Below are positions 5,943 through 7,079 of a DNA stretch of 7,079 bases, one piece after another. The position numbers were made by a program, and so were the translations under genes. The notes under the pieces were generated by a model. That model did no database searches, was not told the origin of the DNA, and worked only from the letters and a program-made list of their open reading frames with translations. The stretch is from Escherichia coli (GTDB lineage Bacteria > Pseudomonadota > Gammaproteobacteria > Enterobacterales > Enterobacteriaceae): assembly GCF_003334305.1 (NCBI RefSeq), contig NZ_QOWS01000048.1; one strand, 5' to 3'. Numbering within the stretch: the first letter of the stretch is position 1; every line of letters starts with the position of its first letter.

Positions 5943-6015
5943 TGGTGGCCCTTACTGGATTTGAACCAGCGACCAAGCGATTATGAGTCCTCTTACCACT
6001 GAGCTAAAGGGTTGG
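5943..6015 (-). tRNA. Degenerate tRNA(CAU)-like sequence resembling tRNA-Ile2 (ileX/ileY-like); probable pseudogene or attachment-site relic
   Basis: Minus strand reads AACCCTTTAGCTCAGTGGTAAGAGGACTCATAATCGCTTGGTCGCTGGTTCAAATCCAGTAAGGGCCACCA. The T-arm, variable loop, CTCATAA anticodon loop (CAT) and 3' acceptor-CCA are recognisable and resemble E. coli tRNA-Ile2 as I recall it. However ~5 nt are missing at the D-stem/anticodon-stem junction, and the first two acceptor-stem positions (AA instead of GG) cannot pair with the 3' strand. Confidence 0.55.
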
Positions 6016-6279
6016 AGAACGCAATATCACCTGTCTTATATGATTACACCCAGAATTTCCCGGACTGTCTTGTCAAAACATTCAGTCTCCAATTCCCACC
6101 AATAGCAAGACGGTCACTATGACAGCATCTCCGGAATGAGCTCAGGGCACGGGGGTTTACCGAGGTTACTTTTCCAACGAAGTTTCTCAAACGCAGGCGT
6201 GACAGATAACATTCAAACTTAGGATCTCAGTTGCTATCTTTTCCCATGTCTTACGGATTAATGTCATCGGTTGCATACA

Positions 6280-6657
6280 AATCGCTACAAGCTGCATCAA
6301 GGCACATGCTTCATATGTACAGTACACCAAGATGGATAGGTGTTTCACCTAATCCTAGCTCATTTCAGGCAGGCTCAACAGGCTGCAGCCCGCATGTTTA
6401 AGGGCGCAGGTTATCAGCAGGTTATAAGCTGACCGGATACATTCCGGCAAAGAAAAACCTTGCAGCGATGAAAGCCGTTTCGGTAATGCAATGACGATAA
6501 AGCTGTCCTGTATATATGTGCTTCGCCTCAAACGCTTGCCGTTTTGGTATTGTGCACATGCCGTCTGAACGATGTGGAGCCAGAAAAATGGATGCGTTAT
6601 GTCATTGAGCATATCTAGGACTGGCCGGCAAACCGGGTACACGATCTGTTGCTCTAA
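6280..6657 (+). pseudogene. IS66-family transposase (TnpC) C-terminal remnant, degraded
   Basis: Frame-1 translation 6487-6657 gives ...AVLVLCTCRLNDVEPEKWMRYVIEHI*DWPANRVHDLLL*, which resembles the conserved IS66 TnpC C-terminus (...LIGTCKLNDVDPE.YLRHVL..IADWPVNRVSELLPW) as I recall it, but with an in-frame TAG at 6616-6618. Upstream similarity (e.g. CIKAHA at ~6290-6307, where CWAHARRK would be expected) is weak and needs frame changes. Possible element terminus GCGCTTAC at 6756-6763 or 6704-6711 (reverse complement GTAAGCG...). Confidence 0.45.
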
Positions 6658-6788
6658 ATAGTTGAGCTGGCCTCTCAGTAAATATCAATACGGTTTTGGT
6701 GAGCCGCTTACCACTGAAGCATCACTTCGGCAGGTAGATTTCTGCAGGCAGAATGGCGCTTACCTTAGCGATAAGCGCGTAAATGTGG

Positions 6789-7079
6789 TTATTCAATACC
6801 TGTGGTGACTGTAAAAGTGCGCGTTTGCTGCGGTGCAACCTGAATCAGCGTGCCATTACGTTGCGCGGCAAGATACCCCTCAGGTCGACAGGTTGCTGGT
6901 AATGCAAAGGCGGCTACCTGTTGCTCGCCGTTATAAAGGATCCAGCGTGTCACATAATTTAGTTCAGCACTGGAGAAACGAGTAACAAACGTAGTGCCAT
7001 CGGGAGCGATCATGCGAAACTCTGGCTGATCTGTGTAAGCGTCCAGTTTGTCTGCAAAGAAGACTATTTCTGGATCATA
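6789..7079 (-). CDS. 3' end of a protein-coding gene of unknown function (C-terminal 96 aa; continues beyond the window)
   Basis: Minus-strand frame is open from the window edge at 7079 to TAA at 6789-6791: YDPEIVFFADKLDAYTDQPEFRMIAPDGTTFVTRFSSAELNYVTRWILYNGEQQVAAFALPATCRPEGYLAAQRNGTLIQVAPQQTRTFTVTTGIE*. The six-frame ORF 6789-7013 is its internal-ATG-limited part. I recognise no family. Confidence 0.5.
   Translation of the reverse strand, partial: YDPEIVFFADKLDAYTDQPEFRMIAPDGTTFVTRFSSAELNYVTRWILYNGEQQVAAFALPATCRPEGYLAAQRNGTLIQVAPQQTRTFTVTTGIE

Noticed and set aside
6355-6642. Minus-strand 95-codon ORF across the IS66-like remnant
   Set aside because: It is antisense to the frame carrying the recognisable IS66 TnpC C-terminal motif and is most likely a chance ORF in decayed transposase sequence.
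1-7079. CRISPR arrays, rRNA genes or other tandem-repeat arrays
   Set aside because: No regularly spaced repeats of 25-40 bp with unique spacers and no rRNA-like sequence were seen anywhere in the window.

Overview
This window reads as an IS-rich accessory region of an enterobacterial chromosome (E. coli / Shigella / Salmonella-like). All assignments come from reading the sequence and recalling protein families; no database search was run. Left to right: the 3' end of an IS1 copy (InsB C-terminus and right inverted repeat, 1-198), directly abutting a 5'-truncated IS3-family element (OrfB 199-981, putative right IR ending ~1023); a minus-strand two-gene operon of an aspartate-racemase-like enzyme (2588-3307) followed by a DcuA/DcuB-family C4-dicarboxylate transporter (1224-2522); a divergently transcribed LysR-type regulator (3652-4596) across a 344-bp intergenic region that holds a 10-bp-phased triple direct repeat; an IS200 copy (~4611-5317, minus) whose tnpA appears frameshifted but whose 5'UTR hairpins are intact; ~620 bp of unassigned sequence; a degenerate tRNA(CAU)-like relic (5943-6015, minus); an IS66-family transposase C-terminal remnant with an in-frame stop (~6280-6657, plus); and the 3' end of an unknown minus-strand gene running off the window (6789-7079). 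The most interesting candidate system is the racemase + Dcu transporter + LysR module, which may be an uptake-and-racemisation pathway for D/L-aspartate or a related acidic substrate, sitting in a cargo-like context framed by four IS families and a tRNA relic. No CRISPR array, rRNA or intact tRNA was seen.
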